A DNA stretch of 64,000 bases, from contig JAHPZH010000002.1 of assembly GCA_019058315.1 (NCBI GenBank), positions 608,001-672,000 on the forward strand. The letters run 5' to 3'. This stretch comes from Candidatus Helarchaeota archaeon (GTDB lineage: Archaea; Asgardarchaeota; Lokiarchaeia; Helarchaeales; RDOG01). The position numbers were made by a program, and so were the translations under genes. The notes beneath the pieces are model-generated. The model was given only the letters and a program-made list of their open reading frames with translations. It was not told the origin of the DNA and made no database searches. Below, piece by piece: positions 1 through 12,000 of this stretch (position 1 is its first letter; every line of letters begins with the position of its first letter).

Positions 1-1
1 A

Positions 2-328
2 TTTGCCAAAAATAGCGATTTGGATTTGGCTATTTTTAACTTAGGGATTCCTTTTCCGGGGACGAAAATGTTTAATTTAATAGAAAAATATGGTAGATTT
101 ACATTTCCATCTAAAGTAAAGTTTCTTAGAGGAATGAACACTCAATACGAAGGACCTTACTTTGAAATTTGGAATCTAAAAAAGGAGGATGTAATTAAAA
201 GTCATAAAAAAGCTTATAAAGAATTCTATTTCAGACCAGCTAAAATTATTTCATTGATGTCAAAGATACATTCAAGTAGACAAATTAAATATATTTTAAA
301 TTATTTTAAAAACATGTTCTTGAGCTGA
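2..328 (+). CDS. C-terminal part of a B12-binding radical SAM protein (5' truncated by the window edge)
   Basis: Frame is open from nt 2 (FAKNSDLDLAIFNLGIPFPGT...KAYKEFYFRP) and matches the C-termini of the three complete radical SAM paralogues nearby. Confidence 0.85.
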   Translation, partial: FAKNSDLDLAIFNLGIPFPGTKMFNLIEKYGRFTFPSKVKFLRGMNTQYEGPYFEIWNLKKEDVIKSHKKAYKEFYFRPAKIISLMSKIHSSRQIKYILNYFKNMFLS

Positions 329-403
329 AATCCTTTTTGTTCCACAACTTTTAATTTATAATTAATTAATATAAATTTCTAATGATATTGAGGTAAATGA
401 TTA

Positions 404-2500
404 ATGAAAGAAAAAATTAAAGAAAAATATTCAGATAACTTGATAATTTTTTCTATTATTTATTGTCTTACTTCAATTTTTATATTATTAATTTCAGATT
501 TCTGGCCTTTAAGAATTATTTCAATATTCTTTTTCTTTTTTTTCTTGGGATATCCTATTTCTCTTTTTTTTAAGAATTTAAACATCTTTGAGAGAATTTC
601 ATTAAGTCTCGGAATTTCCCATCTGATTTTGTTATTATCTTATTATATTCTTTATATGTCGGCTTATTCACTTAATGTAACTCCAACATTTGACTTTCAA
701 GTTCTTTTAATTGGCATTTATTTTGTAAGTTCTAGTCTAATACTTTTATTCTATTTTAAACGTAAAAATTATCCAAATTCTTATATTTCACTCTCAAATA
801 TCAAGGATTTTTTTTTGAAATACAAATTTCTACTATTTATATTAGTACTTGGTACATTTTTACGGTTCGCTTTTTTAAATTGCCCGGATTTTAGTACAGA
901 TGAAACTTACTTCGTCGCCACTAGTTACCCTCTCGTAGACCCATTCCAAATAACAGGACTTCCTCCCCCACCTTTAACGTTTTTAAGCGGGCATCATCCC
1001 CCATTAACCTTTGTTGGGACCAATTTTATAATGAATATATTAAACCCTATTGATTGGTTAGCCATGTTAGACTGGATGGGGAAATTTTATTTTGCTTTCA
1101 TAGGTTCTATTTCAATTTTTTCGATTTTTTCTCTATTGAACAAAATTTATGGAAAGTATGCAGGATATGTAGGGGCATTATTCTATTCTCTAAATACATA
1201 TGCCATAGTTGTGAGCAGAGTTGGATACCAAGAAATATTGTTAATTTTATTTTTAATAATTACATTGGATTTTATGTATAGAGAAAATTGGAAATTAACT
1301 GGTTTTTTTTTGGGTATTAGTCTATTAACGAAATTTACTGCAGTTATCATTATTCCTACGATTATATTATATCTAATCATAAAAAATTTTAAATTTGATA
1401 AGAAACAAATTAAGAAACTTTTAATTAATTTTAGTCAAGTTGCAGTTTTTGCTATGGTTCTTTATTTACCTATTCTAATTTCTAATATTGCTATACATTA
1501 TCATTACGGCTATGCTGATACGTTTCTAAGTCGAATATTTGGATTAAAAGATCCCCTTAGCGAGGCTATAGGTGAAGCAGAATTACCTGTTGGTTTAATG
1601 CCTGCAGGATTGTTTGCCTATTCTTCTGTATTAAATTTACAAATTGTAAATGTTATTGGTATAATATTAATACCTTACATTATATTTTGTGTTATCCTGT
1701 CTTTTCTAGACAAAGGAAAAATTCTACTTTTCAATTTAATTAATTTTATTTTTCTAATCCTTTTATATTTGATTTTCACTAGTAGATGGTTTCAAATTAT
1801 TAGTTTAAGCCCCATTATTATCCCAATCATAATTATTAGTTGTAGAATCGTTAACTTAGATAAGGTATTTCATAAATTAAACAAATTCTTTAATATTTCT
1901 TATCCAATTTTTTCGGCAAGATTTAAACCTATAATTAAGAAAATTGAGAGAAGAACTACGAAGTTCAGATTTCCCACAGTATTTAGATATAAGAATTTAA
2001 AAAAGAATTATAGAAAACATAATGTAAAATATCAACATTTTGTAATTTGTTCAATTTTAATGTTTTTTTTCAGCTTTTCATTCATATATTCATGGAACAC
2101 TATTGCCTATCCTCACTTTTTCTTTTCTAATGATATAGATGACCTCAGAGAATCATTTAGAACTAATACTGAATATTCTACAATTGGTTATTTATGGATA
2201 ATGAGAAATGGGTATGATGAAGTTATGGAGATTATTAGAAACTTCAGATATTTTTTCATTTATGTTGATGATAACCATCCGAAGTTTAGTTATATTTATT
2301 ATTTTTATCAAAGAGGCATTACAAGTTTAGTTTCTGACTGGGATAACCGAACCAATTCATTATTTATTTTCTATAAACAACCTAACTATATGTGGGAATC
2401 TTTTACTTACTCTAATAAAGGTGATGCTAATGAACATTATATAAGAGAACATGGAACTTGCATATGGGAATCACTAAATTTTGAAATATATATAATTTGA
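404..2500 (+). CDS. GT-C fold membrane glycosyltransferase (PMT/ArnT-like, family 39-like)
   Basis: Polytopic; LRF...DE..F loop motif, HPPL and later TKF motifs typical of PMT_2/ArnT proteins. Confidence 0.8.
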   Translation: MKEKIKEKYSDNLIIFSIIYCLTSIFILLISDFWPLRIISIFFFFFFLGYPISLFFKNLNIFERISLSLGISHLILLLSYYILYMSAYSLNVTPTFDFQVLLIGIYFVSSSLILLFYFKRKNYPNSYISLSNIKDFFLKYKFLLFILVLGTFLRFAFLNCPDFSTDETYFVATSYPLVDPFQITGLPPPPLTFLSGHHPPLTFVGTNFIMNILNPIDWLAMLDWMGKFYFAFIGSISIFSIFSLLNKIYGKYAGYVGALFYSLNTYAIVVSRVGYQEILLILFLIITLDFMYRENWKLTGFFLGISLLTKFTAVIIIPTIILYLIIKNFKFDKKQIKKLLINFSQVAVFAMVLYLPILISNIAIHYHYGYADTFLSRIFGLKDPLSEAIGEAELPVGLMPAGLFAYSSVLNLQIVNVIGIILIPYIIFCVILSFLDKGKILLFNLINFIFLILLYLIFTSRWFQIISLSPIIIPIIIISCRIVNLDKVFHKLNKFFNISYPIFSARFKPIIKKIERRTTKFRFPTVFRYKNLKKNYRKHNVKYQHFVICSILMFFFSFSFIYSWNTIAYPHFFFSNDIDDLRESFRTNTEYSTIGYLWIMRNGYDEVMEIIRNFRYFFIYVDDNHPKFSYIYYFYQRGITSLVSDWDNRTNSLFIFYKQPNYMWESFTYSNKGDANEHYIREHGTCIWESLNFEIYII

Positions 2501-3117
2501 AGATGGCATATATGAAAAAAAGACAGGTTTTAATTATCGCTTGGATTATTATAACAAGTCTTTATATTCCTATTCATAAAACCTCAGAAGTTACGACTTT
2601 ACTATATCCTTTATCATCATATTCCAAATCAGATAGTCAAGAAGATCTTAAATTAACAGTTTCAATAAATAGTCGAATTTTAAAATGGGATTCATTTTTG
2701 ACTCTAGATGTTTCATTAAAAAATACCACATCTAACAAACCAGTTCCAAATAGAGGGATTGAATTAAAGGCTTTTGTACGTTCAACAATCTATTTAAAAG
2801 TCAATATTTCAATTCGATATTTTCTTATTTACGAGCATATAACATTATCAAATGAAACTAGAAAAGTATATCAGTTTATTCCCCATGTGCCTACTTTATT
2901 TCCATATACTTTTGAAGCTACTTACAATAATTTCACAACAAATACAAAATTAAAAGTTTCTTTTCCATTTTTAATATTAAGTGATAGACAACCAATGCTC
3001 CCATTAATAACCTTTGAGATTTTCATAATATTATATATTCTAATATTAAGTCTTGCGTGTGCTATTTTATTGATAAATAGATATTATAATCAAAAAATCG
3101 AAAAAAAATCCAATTAA
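2497..3117 (+). CDS. Membrane-anchored hypothetical protein with a beta-rich external domain
   Basis: N- and C-terminal hydrophobic helices; TTGA start/stop overlap with the upstream gene. Confidence 0.65.
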   Translation: MKMAYMKKRQVLIIAWIIITSLYIPIHKTSEVTTLLYPLSSYSKSDSQEDLKLTVSINSRILKWDSFLTLDVSLKNTTSNKPVPNRGIELKAFVRSTIYLKVNISIRYFLIYEHITLSNETRKVYQFIPHVPTLFPYTFEATYNNFTTNTKLKVSFPFLILSDRQPMLPLITFEIFIILYILILSLACAILLINRYYNQKIEKKSN

Positions 3118-3286
3118 AAAGTATTAAATGTTATTTTCATATTACAATCTATTCTAATTCTAATCTAGAGGAGTCAAAAGTTTATTAATCATTTAAAATT
3201 GAATTTAAAAATTTTTATTATAAAAGTTTCATTATAAGAAATGAAGGTAAAATCTTTGAATTAATAAATACTGAAAGGAAAAACTA

Positions 3287-4690
3287 ATGAGTAAAATTCT
3301 TCTCATAAGGCCAAAATTTAAAAAATTCTTACAGCCAAATCCTCCTTTAGGTCTTGGATATTTAGCTTCTATGCTCGAAAGTAAGGGTCATAAAGTAATT
3401 TTACTTGATTGTCAAGTATTGAGAATAAATTATAATGACATACTGAATTTTATTAAAAGAATAAATCCTGACTTAATTGGAATGACTAGTTTATCTTCTC
3501 ATTATAATAATATGGTAAAACTTTCTAATTTAATTAAAAGTGATAATCAAGTTAAAGATATCCCATTAGTTTTAGGGGGTATACACGCTTCGGCTTTACC
3601 AGAGCTGAGTTTAAAGGAATGTAAAGCTGATTATGTAATTGTAGGTGAGGGAGAACTTACTCTTACTGAATTAGTGGAATATATCGAGAATAAAGTAGAC
3701 ATTTCTAAAATAAACGGTTTGGTCTATTGGGAAAATGGAAAAGTAAAAATGAATGAGGAGAGAAATTTAATAGAAAATCTCGATTCTATACCTTTTCCCG
3801 CATGGCATCTTATGCCACCTCAGAAATATCCCAAAGATCCTCATGGGCATGAGTATATAAGATTCCCCTATGCTCCTATAATGACTAGCCGCGGTTGTCC
3901 TTTTAATTGTACTTATTGTGCTTCTAAAAATCTTTGGAAACGAAAAATTAGGTTACGAAGTCCGAAAAATGTTGTAGATGAAATTGAATTTTTAATAAAA
4001 AATTATGGAATAAAAGAAATTCATATTTGGGATGATAATTTCACTCTAATAAAAGATCACGTAATAGGAGTTTGTGATGAAATAATCAAAAGAAAAATAA
4101 ATTTAACTATAAAATGTCCTAATGGAATAAGGATTGATTCATTAACGCCAAAAATTCTTTATAAGCTTCGAGAAGCTGGTGTTTATCAAATGGCACTGGC
4201 TGTTGAATCAGGCAATCAAAAAATATTAGATAAAGTCAAAAAACAATCTAATTTGAATAAAGTTCGTAAGATTCTAAAAATTATAAAGAAATTTGACATA
4301 ATTACAAGAGGGTTTTTTATGATCGGATTACCTGGGGAAACTATAGAGACCATCTATGATACAATTGAATTTGCTTTAAATAACAATTTTGATTATGCTA
4401 GTTTTTTTCTTGCACAGCCTCTTCCTGGCTCTGATATATTTTATGATTGGGCAAAAGATAAAATTATTTCAAAAGACCTACTTTATATGGAATATGCAAC
4501 AACTCCACTTTTATCAAATTTAAAACCCAAAGTGCTGAAAAAATTGCATAAGAGAGCATTTCAAAAATTTTTTATTCGAATTGATTTCATAAAAACAATT
4601 GTTAAATACCCGAAAGCGTTTTTTAGGTGGGCAAAGAATATTGCATTTCAATTAATGAGACGTTTAGTTGATAGAAGTAGAGGAGAATAG
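3287..4690 (+). CDS. B12-binding (class B) radical SAM protein
   Basis: PPLGLGYLA, GGIHAS and VGEGE in the cobalamin domain; SRGCPFNCTYC; WDDNF; ESG; GLPGET. Confidence 0.92.
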   Translation: MSKILLIRPKFKKFLQPNPPLGLGYLASMLESKGHKVILLDCQVLRINYNDILNFIKRINPDLIGMTSLSSHYNNMVKLSNLIKSDNQVKDIPLVLGGIHASALPELSLKECKADYVIVGEGELTLTELVEYIENKVDISKINGLVYWENGKVKMNEERNLIENLDSIPFPAWHLMPPQKYPKDPHGHEYIRFPYAPIMTSRGCPFNCTYCASKNLWKRKIRLRSPKNVVDEIEFLIKNYGIKEIHIWDDNFTLIKDHVIGVCDEIIKRKINLTIKCPNGIRIDSLTPKILYKLREAGVYQMALAVESGNQKILDKVKKQSNLNKVRKILKIIKKFDIITRGFFMIGLPGETIETIYDTIEFALNNNFDYASFFLAQPLPGSDIFYDWAKDKIISKDLLYMEYATTPLLSNLKPKVLKKLHKRAFQKFFIRIDFIKTIVKYPKAFFRWAKNIAFQLMRRLVDRSRGE

Positions 4691-4693
4691 AAA

Positions 4694-6118
4694 TTGGATT
4701 TAACTTTAATTTTTCCACCAATTCAAAAAAGTGAGAGTTATAATCCATTTTATGAAACTCCTATGTTTCCTCCTCTAGGTCTAGCTATGATTGCAGCGAA
4801 GCTGGAGGAAGATGGGTTTAAAGTAAATATATATGATTGTGAAGTATCTCAAATTCATTTATCCCAATTAAAAAAAATTATAAATAAAGATAATCCAAAG
4901 GCAATTGGAATTACTGCTTCCACTTCTATTTATTTTCAGAGCAGAAAAGCTGCAAAATATTTAAAATATCACTTTCCGGATATCCCAATCATAATGGGTG
5001 GTCCTCATGTAACTATTTTTGCTTCTGAGACATTAAAACAAAATCCATTCGTAGATTATTTAGTTATTGGGGAAGGAGAAATTACTACTTCAGAGTTATT
5101 AGATTCAATAGAAAAAAATAAAACAATTTTTTCAGAAATTAAGGGTATTGGATACAGGGAGAATAGTCACATTAAAATTAATGAACAAAGACCATATATC
5201 AAAAATATCGATGAATTACCTCTTCCTGCACGGCATTTACTCCCGATGAAATTATATAAACCCAGTGAGAGGATAGTAAAAAGACCTCCAGCAAGTCATG
5301 CAATTTTCTCTAGAGGTTGCCCATTTCGATGTGGATTTTGTTCGAAAGCTATATGGGGAAAGACTATTCGAGAACGTAGCGCAGAAAAAGTTATTGAAGA
5401 AATTATCCATTTAAAGGAAAAATTTGGATTTCATGATATCATATTTGCTGATGACACTTTCACTATAAATAAAAAGAGAGTTATAAAAATTTGTAATTTA
5501 TTGATTAAAAATAAAATAGATATTGCTTGGAGTTGCTTGACTAGGGTCGACTGTGTTGATAAAGAGTTATTAATAAAGATGAAAGCTAGTGGATGTCATC
5601 AAATAGGATATGGTATTGAATCTGGTAATCAAGAAATACTTGATTTGATGAAGAAGGATATCACAATAGATCAAATCCGGAAGGCTTTTCAATTAACTAA
5701 TAGGGTTAAAATTGACACTCGTGCATATATCATGTTTGGTCTGCCTGGCGAATCCATCGCAATGGCACAAAATACCATTAAATTTCTAAAAGAACTTGAT
5801 CCTGACTATGCAAATATTTACATATATAGCCCTTATCCCGGAACCGAACTATTTGAGATTGCAAAGGAAAAAGGAGAAATAAAAAATTTTAATTGGACAG
5901 ATTTTGACAAATTTAATCCTATATACATTCCATTTGGAAGAAAAAGAGCTGAAATTCTTAAGACCTATAAACGAGCATTCTGGGAATTTTATTTTACTCC
6001 ACATTATATTAAAAAACGAATATCCAAAATTGACAATCTTTATGAGTTAAAGAAAAATTTCATTTTATTATTCAAATTACTTAAAGGTTTATTAGGAACT
6101 CCCGCATTAAAAAGTTAA
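4694..6118 (+). CDS. B12-binding (class B) radical SAM protein
   Basis: PPLGLAMIA, GGPHVT, GEGE, SRGCPFRCGFC, DDTF, GIESG, PYPGT. Confidence 0.92.
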   Translation: MDLTLIFPPIQKSESYNPFYETPMFPPLGLAMIAAKLEEDGFKVNIYDCEVSQIHLSQLKKIINKDNPKAIGITASTSIYFQSRKAAKYLKYHFPDIPIIMGGPHVTIFASETLKQNPFVDYLVIGEGEITTSELLDSIEKNKTIFSEIKGIGYRENSHIKINEQRPYIKNIDELPLPARHLLPMKLYKPSERIVKRPPASHAIFSRGCPFRCGFCSKAIWGKTIRERSAEKVIEEIIHLKEKFGFHDIIFADDTFTINKKRVIKICNLLIKNKIDIAWSCLTRVDCVDKELLIKMKASGCHQIGYGIESGNQEILDLMKKDITIDQIRKAFQLTNRVKIDTRAYIMFGLPGESIAMAQNTIKFLKELDPDYANIYIYSPYPGTELFEIAKEKGEIKNFNWTDFDKFNPIYIPFGRKRAEILKTYKRAFWEFYFTPHYIKKRISKIDNLYELKKNFILLFKLLKGLLGTPALKS

Positions 6119-6777
6119 TAATTGATTTTCTTACTTAAAATTACGTTATACAAACCAAATCTCATTTTTTTCAAATCTGGAGCTCTAAAAATTCTTTTTA
6201 AGAATGTAGGAAGTCTATTTGGAGCAATAAAACCAGTTGAAAATGAATCAATAATTTGAAATTTATACATTAAAAGAAGATTCTTAAGATTTTTTAATGA
6301 AAGTCTAATTAGCCCTTGCTCATTTTTATTGAAAAGTGCAAAGATTGCCATTAATAAATTGTTTCTGTTGGGTTCTATTAAAATATAATATTTTTTAGTT
6401 ACACGACTTACTTCTTTTAACCCTCTACTTGGATTTTTGAGATGATGTAAAACATTGGCTGAAAAAATTAAGTCAAAAGAATTATCTCTAAATGGTAATT
6501 TTAGGACCGAACTTCGAATTAAATCTAAATTACTGTTTTTTCTACATAAATTTAGCATAATTGAACTTAAATCAATTCCAACTATATTTGAAATTATATT
6601 TTTCAATTGAATTGTGAAAGAACCATTTCCACAACCTATTTCTAATCCATTTTGAATAGAATTTAAATCTAATTTTTTTCTAATTAAAAAAAGTTTTGAA
6701 AATACAAAATTGTAGACACATGGATGATTGGGTGCCCTTCGACTTAATAATTCAAATCTTTCCCAATAATCATTCAA
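6115..6777 (-). CDS. Class I SAM-dependent methyltransferase
   Basis: LEIGCGNG, GIDLS, LPFRDNSFD, VLHHL. Confidence 0.9.
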   Translation of the reverse strand: MNDYWERFELLSRRAPNHPCVYNFVFSKLFLIRKKLDLNSIQNGLEIGCGNGSFTIQLKNIISNIVGIDLSSIMLNLCRKNSNLDLIRSSVLKLPFRDNSFDLIFSANVLHHLKNPSRGLKEVSRVTKKYYILIEPNRNNLLMAIFALFNKNEQGLIRLSLKNLKNLLLMYKFQIIDSFSTGFIAPNRLPTFLKRIFRAPDLKKMRFGLYNVILSKKINY

Positions 6778-6791
6778 TTATAGTCCCTAAT

Positions 6792-8216
6792 TTAAATTTT
6801 TAACAAAATCATAAAATTATTTAAATTTGTTATTAATTCTTTGAATGATTTTATCGATTTTATGCTTTTTAATATATATTTTAATCTCAAATAGAATCTA
6901 AGATATGAATTTTTTATTAATTTTTGTAAAATATTCCTAGTAATTTCTTTATTTTCATAAATTGGATTGGGTTGATGATCTAAATGTCCTAATGTAAATT
7001 CTTTCCAAACATCAGTTTTCAAAATACCACTATTTAGTGCTTCTTGGTACATTTTCGTACCCGGGAATAAAGTTGTTATATAAAATCCTACATAGTCCGG
7101 TTCTAAATTTTTAGCAAATTGGATTGTTCTATTTATGGAATTTAAATTTTCTTTAGGTGAACCCAACATAAAGTAAGCTAATGTCTTTATACTTACTTTT
7201 TTTGTCCAATTCATTGCATTTTTAATTTGATTTATAGTGATTTCTTTTCCCAAGCAATTTAATATGTTTTGATCACCAGATTCTATTCCATAATGTATTC
7301 TCTGACAACCTGCCAATTTCATGATTTTTAATAAATTTGGAGTTACTAAATCTACTCTTGTCCTGCAGCTCCAATAAAATTTTAATTTATTTTTAATAAT
7401 TTGCTTACATATTTCATATATTCTTTTTTGATTAACTGTAAATGTGTCATCATAAAAAAAAATTTCACGAATTTTGTATTTATCAATTAAAAATTCTATT
7501 TCTTCAATAACATTTTCAGGACTTCTCATCCTATACTCTTTTCCAAAATGAATTCCTGTAGATCTTAAACAAAAATTACAATTGAATGGACAGCCTCTGC
7601 TTGTAATCATAGTAAAAAAAGGTTTATTTTTAGAAAAAGCATCAAAATATTTATTAATAGGTAAAAAATGAACCGCTGGAAACGGTATATCATCTAAATT
7701 TTTTATGAAAGGACGTAATTCATTTAATATAATATTATTATTTTCTTTATAAACAATACCTTGGATATTTTTCAAATCTGAATTTTGTTCTAGTGCTTGA
7801 AGAGTTTCCAAGGTAGTAATTTCTCCCTCTCCTATTACTCCTATATCAAAACAATCATTTTTTAAAACTTCTTGTGGATAAATACTAATATGAGGTCCTC
7901 CAACTATAATTTTAACATCTGGAAGAATTTTTTTTACTAATTCTGCGAGTCTTCTAGCTTGAAGAAAAGTAAATGAAGTACAAGTAATTCCAACTGTATC
8001 TGGTTTTTGACGTTTTAAAATATCTTTCATTTCTTTATCGGAAAATTGAAATACATCTTGATCTATTATATATGCCTTAAAACCATTCTTTTCTAAAACA
8101 CTAGCTATATAAGCTAATCCTAATGGAGGAAATTTCCCTCTAGATCTTTCAATAATTTTGGGTAAGGGTGAATAAATTTCTTTTTGAAAAATGGGATTAA
8201 TTAAAGTTATTTTTAA
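6792..8216 (-). CDS. B12-binding radical SAM protein; real N-terminus lies about 62 codons upstream of the listed ATG
   Basis: In-frame extension LKITLINP...FPPLGLAYIASVLE upstream of 8030; GGAGGT 7 nt before TTA at 8216; SRGCPFNCNFC. Confidence 0.82.
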   Translation of the reverse strand, partial: LKITLINPIFQKEIYSPLPKIIERSRGKFPPLGLAYIASVLEKNGFKAYIIDQDVFQFSDKEMKDILKRQKPDTVGITCTSFTFLQARRLAELVKKILPDVKIIVGGPHISIYPQEVLKNDCFDIGVIGEGEITTLETLQALEQNSDLKNIQGIVYKENNNIILNELRPFIKNLDDIPFPAVHFLPINKYFDAFSKNKPFFTMITSRGCPFNCNFCLRSTGIHFGKEYRMRSPENVIEEIEFLIDKYKIREIFFYDDTFTVNQKRIYEICKQIIKNKLKFYWSCRTRVDLVTPNLLKIMKLAGCQRIHYGIESGDQNILNCLGKEITINQIKNAMNWTKKVSIKTLAYFMLGSPKENLNSINRTIQFAKNLEPDYVGFYITTLFPGTKMYQEALNSGILKTDVWKEFTLGHLDHQPNPIYENKEITRNILQKLIKNSYLRFYLRLKYILKSIKSIKSFKELITNLNNFMILLKI

Positions 8217-8294
8217 CTTTTAGACCTCCATTTGAAGATGTTATTTTTTTAAGTCATTTTTTGCCATAAACAAATCTAAAAATTCTGTCAAATT

Positions 8295-8978
8295 TTAATA
8301 AATATTTTTATTTAATAAACATAAAATTAACATTTTTAGAATTTTTAGTCCGACATTAACAGTACTCAATTTAGATGTTCCTTTTCTTCTACTTGGCATA
8401 AAAGGAATTTCCAATATCCTCAAATTATTTTTATTAGCTAAAAGAGTCATTGTTGTAGTAAATGAAAAACTATTGGTCCATTTTTTGTAATTTAGGGATA
8501 AAAAACTGCTCTTTTTAAAAACTCTAATTCCAGAATTGAGATCTTTAATTTTTTTATTCAATATTAAGGAAGCTAATAATGAAAGAAATCGATTTCCAAA
8601 GGTCCTTACTAAAGGCGTATTTCCGGTCCGTACTCCGATGATTAAATCATGATTCTTAATCTTTTTAAATAGTTCATATAGAACTACAGGCGGATATGTT
8701 CCATCTGCATCAATTATTCCGATTATTTCTGCTTTTGCATTCTTTAATCCAGTTTTTAAGGCTGCTCCATATCCTAATTTATGATTATGCTTAATAATTC
8801 GAAAATTCATATTCTTAACAATATTTGGAGTATTATCTGTAGATCCATCATCAATAACTAGAATTTCTGCAAGTTGGTTTTCTAAATAGTCATGAAATAT
8901 ATTCTTTATGTCTAATAATACCTTTCTAATGGAATATTCTTCGTTATAAGCAGGAATAATAATTGAAAAATCATACAT
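8295..8978 (-). CDS. Glycosyltransferase family 2 (dolichol-phosphate mannose synthase-like)
   Basis: IIPAYNEE, DDGSTD, GYGAALKTG, DADG, DLNSGIR. Confidence 0.92.
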   Translation of the reverse strand: MYDFSIIIPAYNEEYSIRKVLLDIKNIFHDYLENQLAEILVIDDGSTDNTPNIVKNMNFRIIKHNHKLGYGAALKTGLKNAKAEIIGIIDADGTYPPVVLYELFKKIKNHDLIIGVRTGNTPLVRTFGNRFLSLLASLILNKKIKDLNSGIRVFKKSSFLSLNYKKWTNSFSFTTTMTLLANKNNLRILEIPFMPSRRKGTSKLSTVNVGLKILKMLILCLLNKNIY

Positions 8979-9046
8979 CTTTGTTCTTTCATAATAATAT
9001 TATAATTTTAATTTATTATTGCTTAAGTTTCTTAAAAAGATAATAT

Positions 9047-12000
9047 TTATTTTTCGTTTTTCTCTTGATTTTTCTCTATTTTCCTCATTTCATCATGGAT
9101 TTTCTTGACTTCAGTAGCTTCTTTTTTTGGTTCTTTTTTAATCAGCTTGATTAAATATAAACTCAAACCTACCGAAATACCACCAATGACAATAATATAG
9201 ATAAGAAGATATTCTAAATTACTTTTTTGACTTGAACTAGCCATTAAATACAAATCAATGATATTTGGTTTGATATGAATAATCACAGTATCTGGAACAC
9301 CATAATTTCCATTACTATCATAAAAAACAATTGTATAATTGAAATCACCAAAATAATCTGTGTTTATTGGAACGTTTAGGTCTGTATTATTCGTCCATGG
9401 AATCCATTCAGAAGGTTTACCATTTATGTAAACACAATATAAACCTTCATCAAAATCATCAAATAATCTCCAATGTATGAATGAAGTTTCAGTTCTGATA
9501 GTTACCATATTATTAGGATGGTTTGAAGTAGGTATGAGTTCCCATAAAAGTACAAACAAAGTTGTTGAGTTTCCTCTTAATCCATAACTATCGTAATATT
9601 CAAAAGTAAAATTAAAGTATCCAACCTCAGTTCTATTAATTTCAAGGTTTAAATCTGTATTATTTACCCAAGTATACCATATGCTCGGAGTTCCATTAAT
9701 CCAGACTCTATATTGCCCAGCTCCAAGGTCATCTCTTATTACTAAGTGTATCAGTTCTGGCCCATAAATATAACTTGTAATATTATCTAGTTGAGTGGCT
9801 GTAGGTGGAAAATTAACAAGAAGAAAGACCGTATCACTCCCCCAATTACCATGAGAATCGTTAAATAATATTGTGTAATTATAAATTCCTGACTTATTTG
9901 TTGATATATTATAATATATTGATGTGTAATTATTCCAAGTTGCCCATGAACAATTTGGAGTTCCATTCAATAAAACCTGATAAAATCCCGTTCCATAATC
10001 ATCCCAAAGAATCCATTGTATCTGTTCACTTCCTTTTACATTAGCTGTTATATTCAAAGGGCTATTTGACTTTGGTTCAAAGTCAATAGTGATAATTACT
10101 GTGTCTGGGAAGCCAAAATTATTGAATGAATCATTATAGATAATAGTATAATTATAAATTCCCGAAAAATTTCGATCAATATTATAATTTAATGGTGTAT
10201 TATTGTACCATCTAGTCCAATTATTGTGAGGAGTTCCATTTATTAATACTTGAAAAAATCCTTCACCATAATCATCCCAAAGAATCCAATTAATTACTTC
10301 ATCTCCTGAAGAATTTGTAATAATATCTAATGGATTATTAATTGTTGGAGGAAAATCTGGAAGAATTTCAACTATAATAAAATCTGTTAAACCTTTGTTT
10401 CCATATGAATCGTTAAATTCAATAGAATAATTATATATACCGAATTGAGTTCTATTAATATCGTAATAAATTGGTGTATTATTTGTCCAGATAGTCCAAG
10501 AACAGTCTGGACTCCCATTTATTAAAACCCGATAAAATCCTGGTATAAAATCATCCCAAAGAATCCATTCTATTTGTTCAGTTCCTGTTGTATTAGTAAT
10601 GATATCTGGAGGATGCGTACTTTGAGGAGGTAAATCTGGAATTATATTTACCCATACAAGATCAGGTTCTCCATAATTCCCAAATGAGTCATTAAATTCT
10701 ATTGTATAATTAAAAAAACCTGCTGTACTTTTATTAACTTCGTAATTAATAGATGTGTTATTGAACCAAACATCCCATGAACTATCTGGAGTTCCGTTAA
10801 CTAATACCCGATAAAATCCTGTTCCCAGATCATCCCATAAAGTCCAATTTATGTAAGCATTATAATATAAATCTGTATTTACATCATCAGGGTGATTAGA
10901 AATCGGAGGATTTTCATCAATAAACTCAATTTGTGTTTGTCCAATTACCGGAAATGAAAGATTATATACAGAGATATTTGCAATTCCAATAATTGGAATT
11001 GATTGAAGAGTAAAATTTATAGTTCCATTTTTTATTGAGATTTGAACTCCAGATGTCGCAAAATCTTCATCAGAAGTAATGATATTTCCCAAATCTGTCG
11101 ATACTGTAATTAATGTTCCATTTTCTAATTCAACTCCATTTTTATTGTATAATTTTCCTGAAATGATATTTGTTGTGCTTATTCCATCTGCTGTAATATT
11201 ATTTTTAGAAGGGGTGAGATTAACATCAACATATGGATTACCATTTTTCAACCAACATTCTAAAAATAGAAATAAAGGTGAAAAATCTCTTTCATTTGTA
11301 ATAATATCAGTATCCCCAATTACCATTATACTGGAATTATAAATAATTAATGGAGTTGGAATAATATCTCCTTTAGTATATTGAAGAGGGGCATCGTTAC
11401 TATAACCTAAAGAGGAATTTCCTTCTCCCCATGATGTACTTTTACCTTGGGCAAATATTTTTAAAACTGGATTAGTTGAATCTACTACAGAACTTTGAAA
11501 AGCTGTAAATTCTAAACCAGGAATAATACCTTGTATTTGAGGATATATCAAATTATTTCTGTAATTAAAAGTGTTATCGCAGATTAAGTGATGGGTTAAA
11601 TTAAGATCATAATTTTTTAAAACAGAATTAATTGGATTCCAGATTGGGTTAAATCCAAATGCATCTAGGATTAAATTAAAAATATTTTTAGTCGAGATTG
11701 TTGTATAACTTTCTCCCAGGACCAATAATCTATTTGAGGCTAATATATTTGTAATTTGATTGTTTGAATAATTTTGTAACGGATTTGCTATACAAACAGC
11801 ATCAAAATTTGAAGTATTAAGCTCAAATTCGGAAGCAAAGACTGAAAAATTATTATTTCGAAGATATTTTGAAAAATTATATAATCCGCTTAGAATTGGC
11901 TCTGTTCTTCTGCTAAAATTAACTTCTGATATTAATACATTTCTTATTGGACATATCGGTTTTAAAAAATATACAGTAGAAATTTTAAATTCAACTGAAT

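Noticed and set aside
9270-10915. CRISPR array or DGR-like repeats
   Set aside because: The repeats are degenerate, about 270 bp in period and in frame within a protein; no spacers, cas genes or reverse transcriptase nearby
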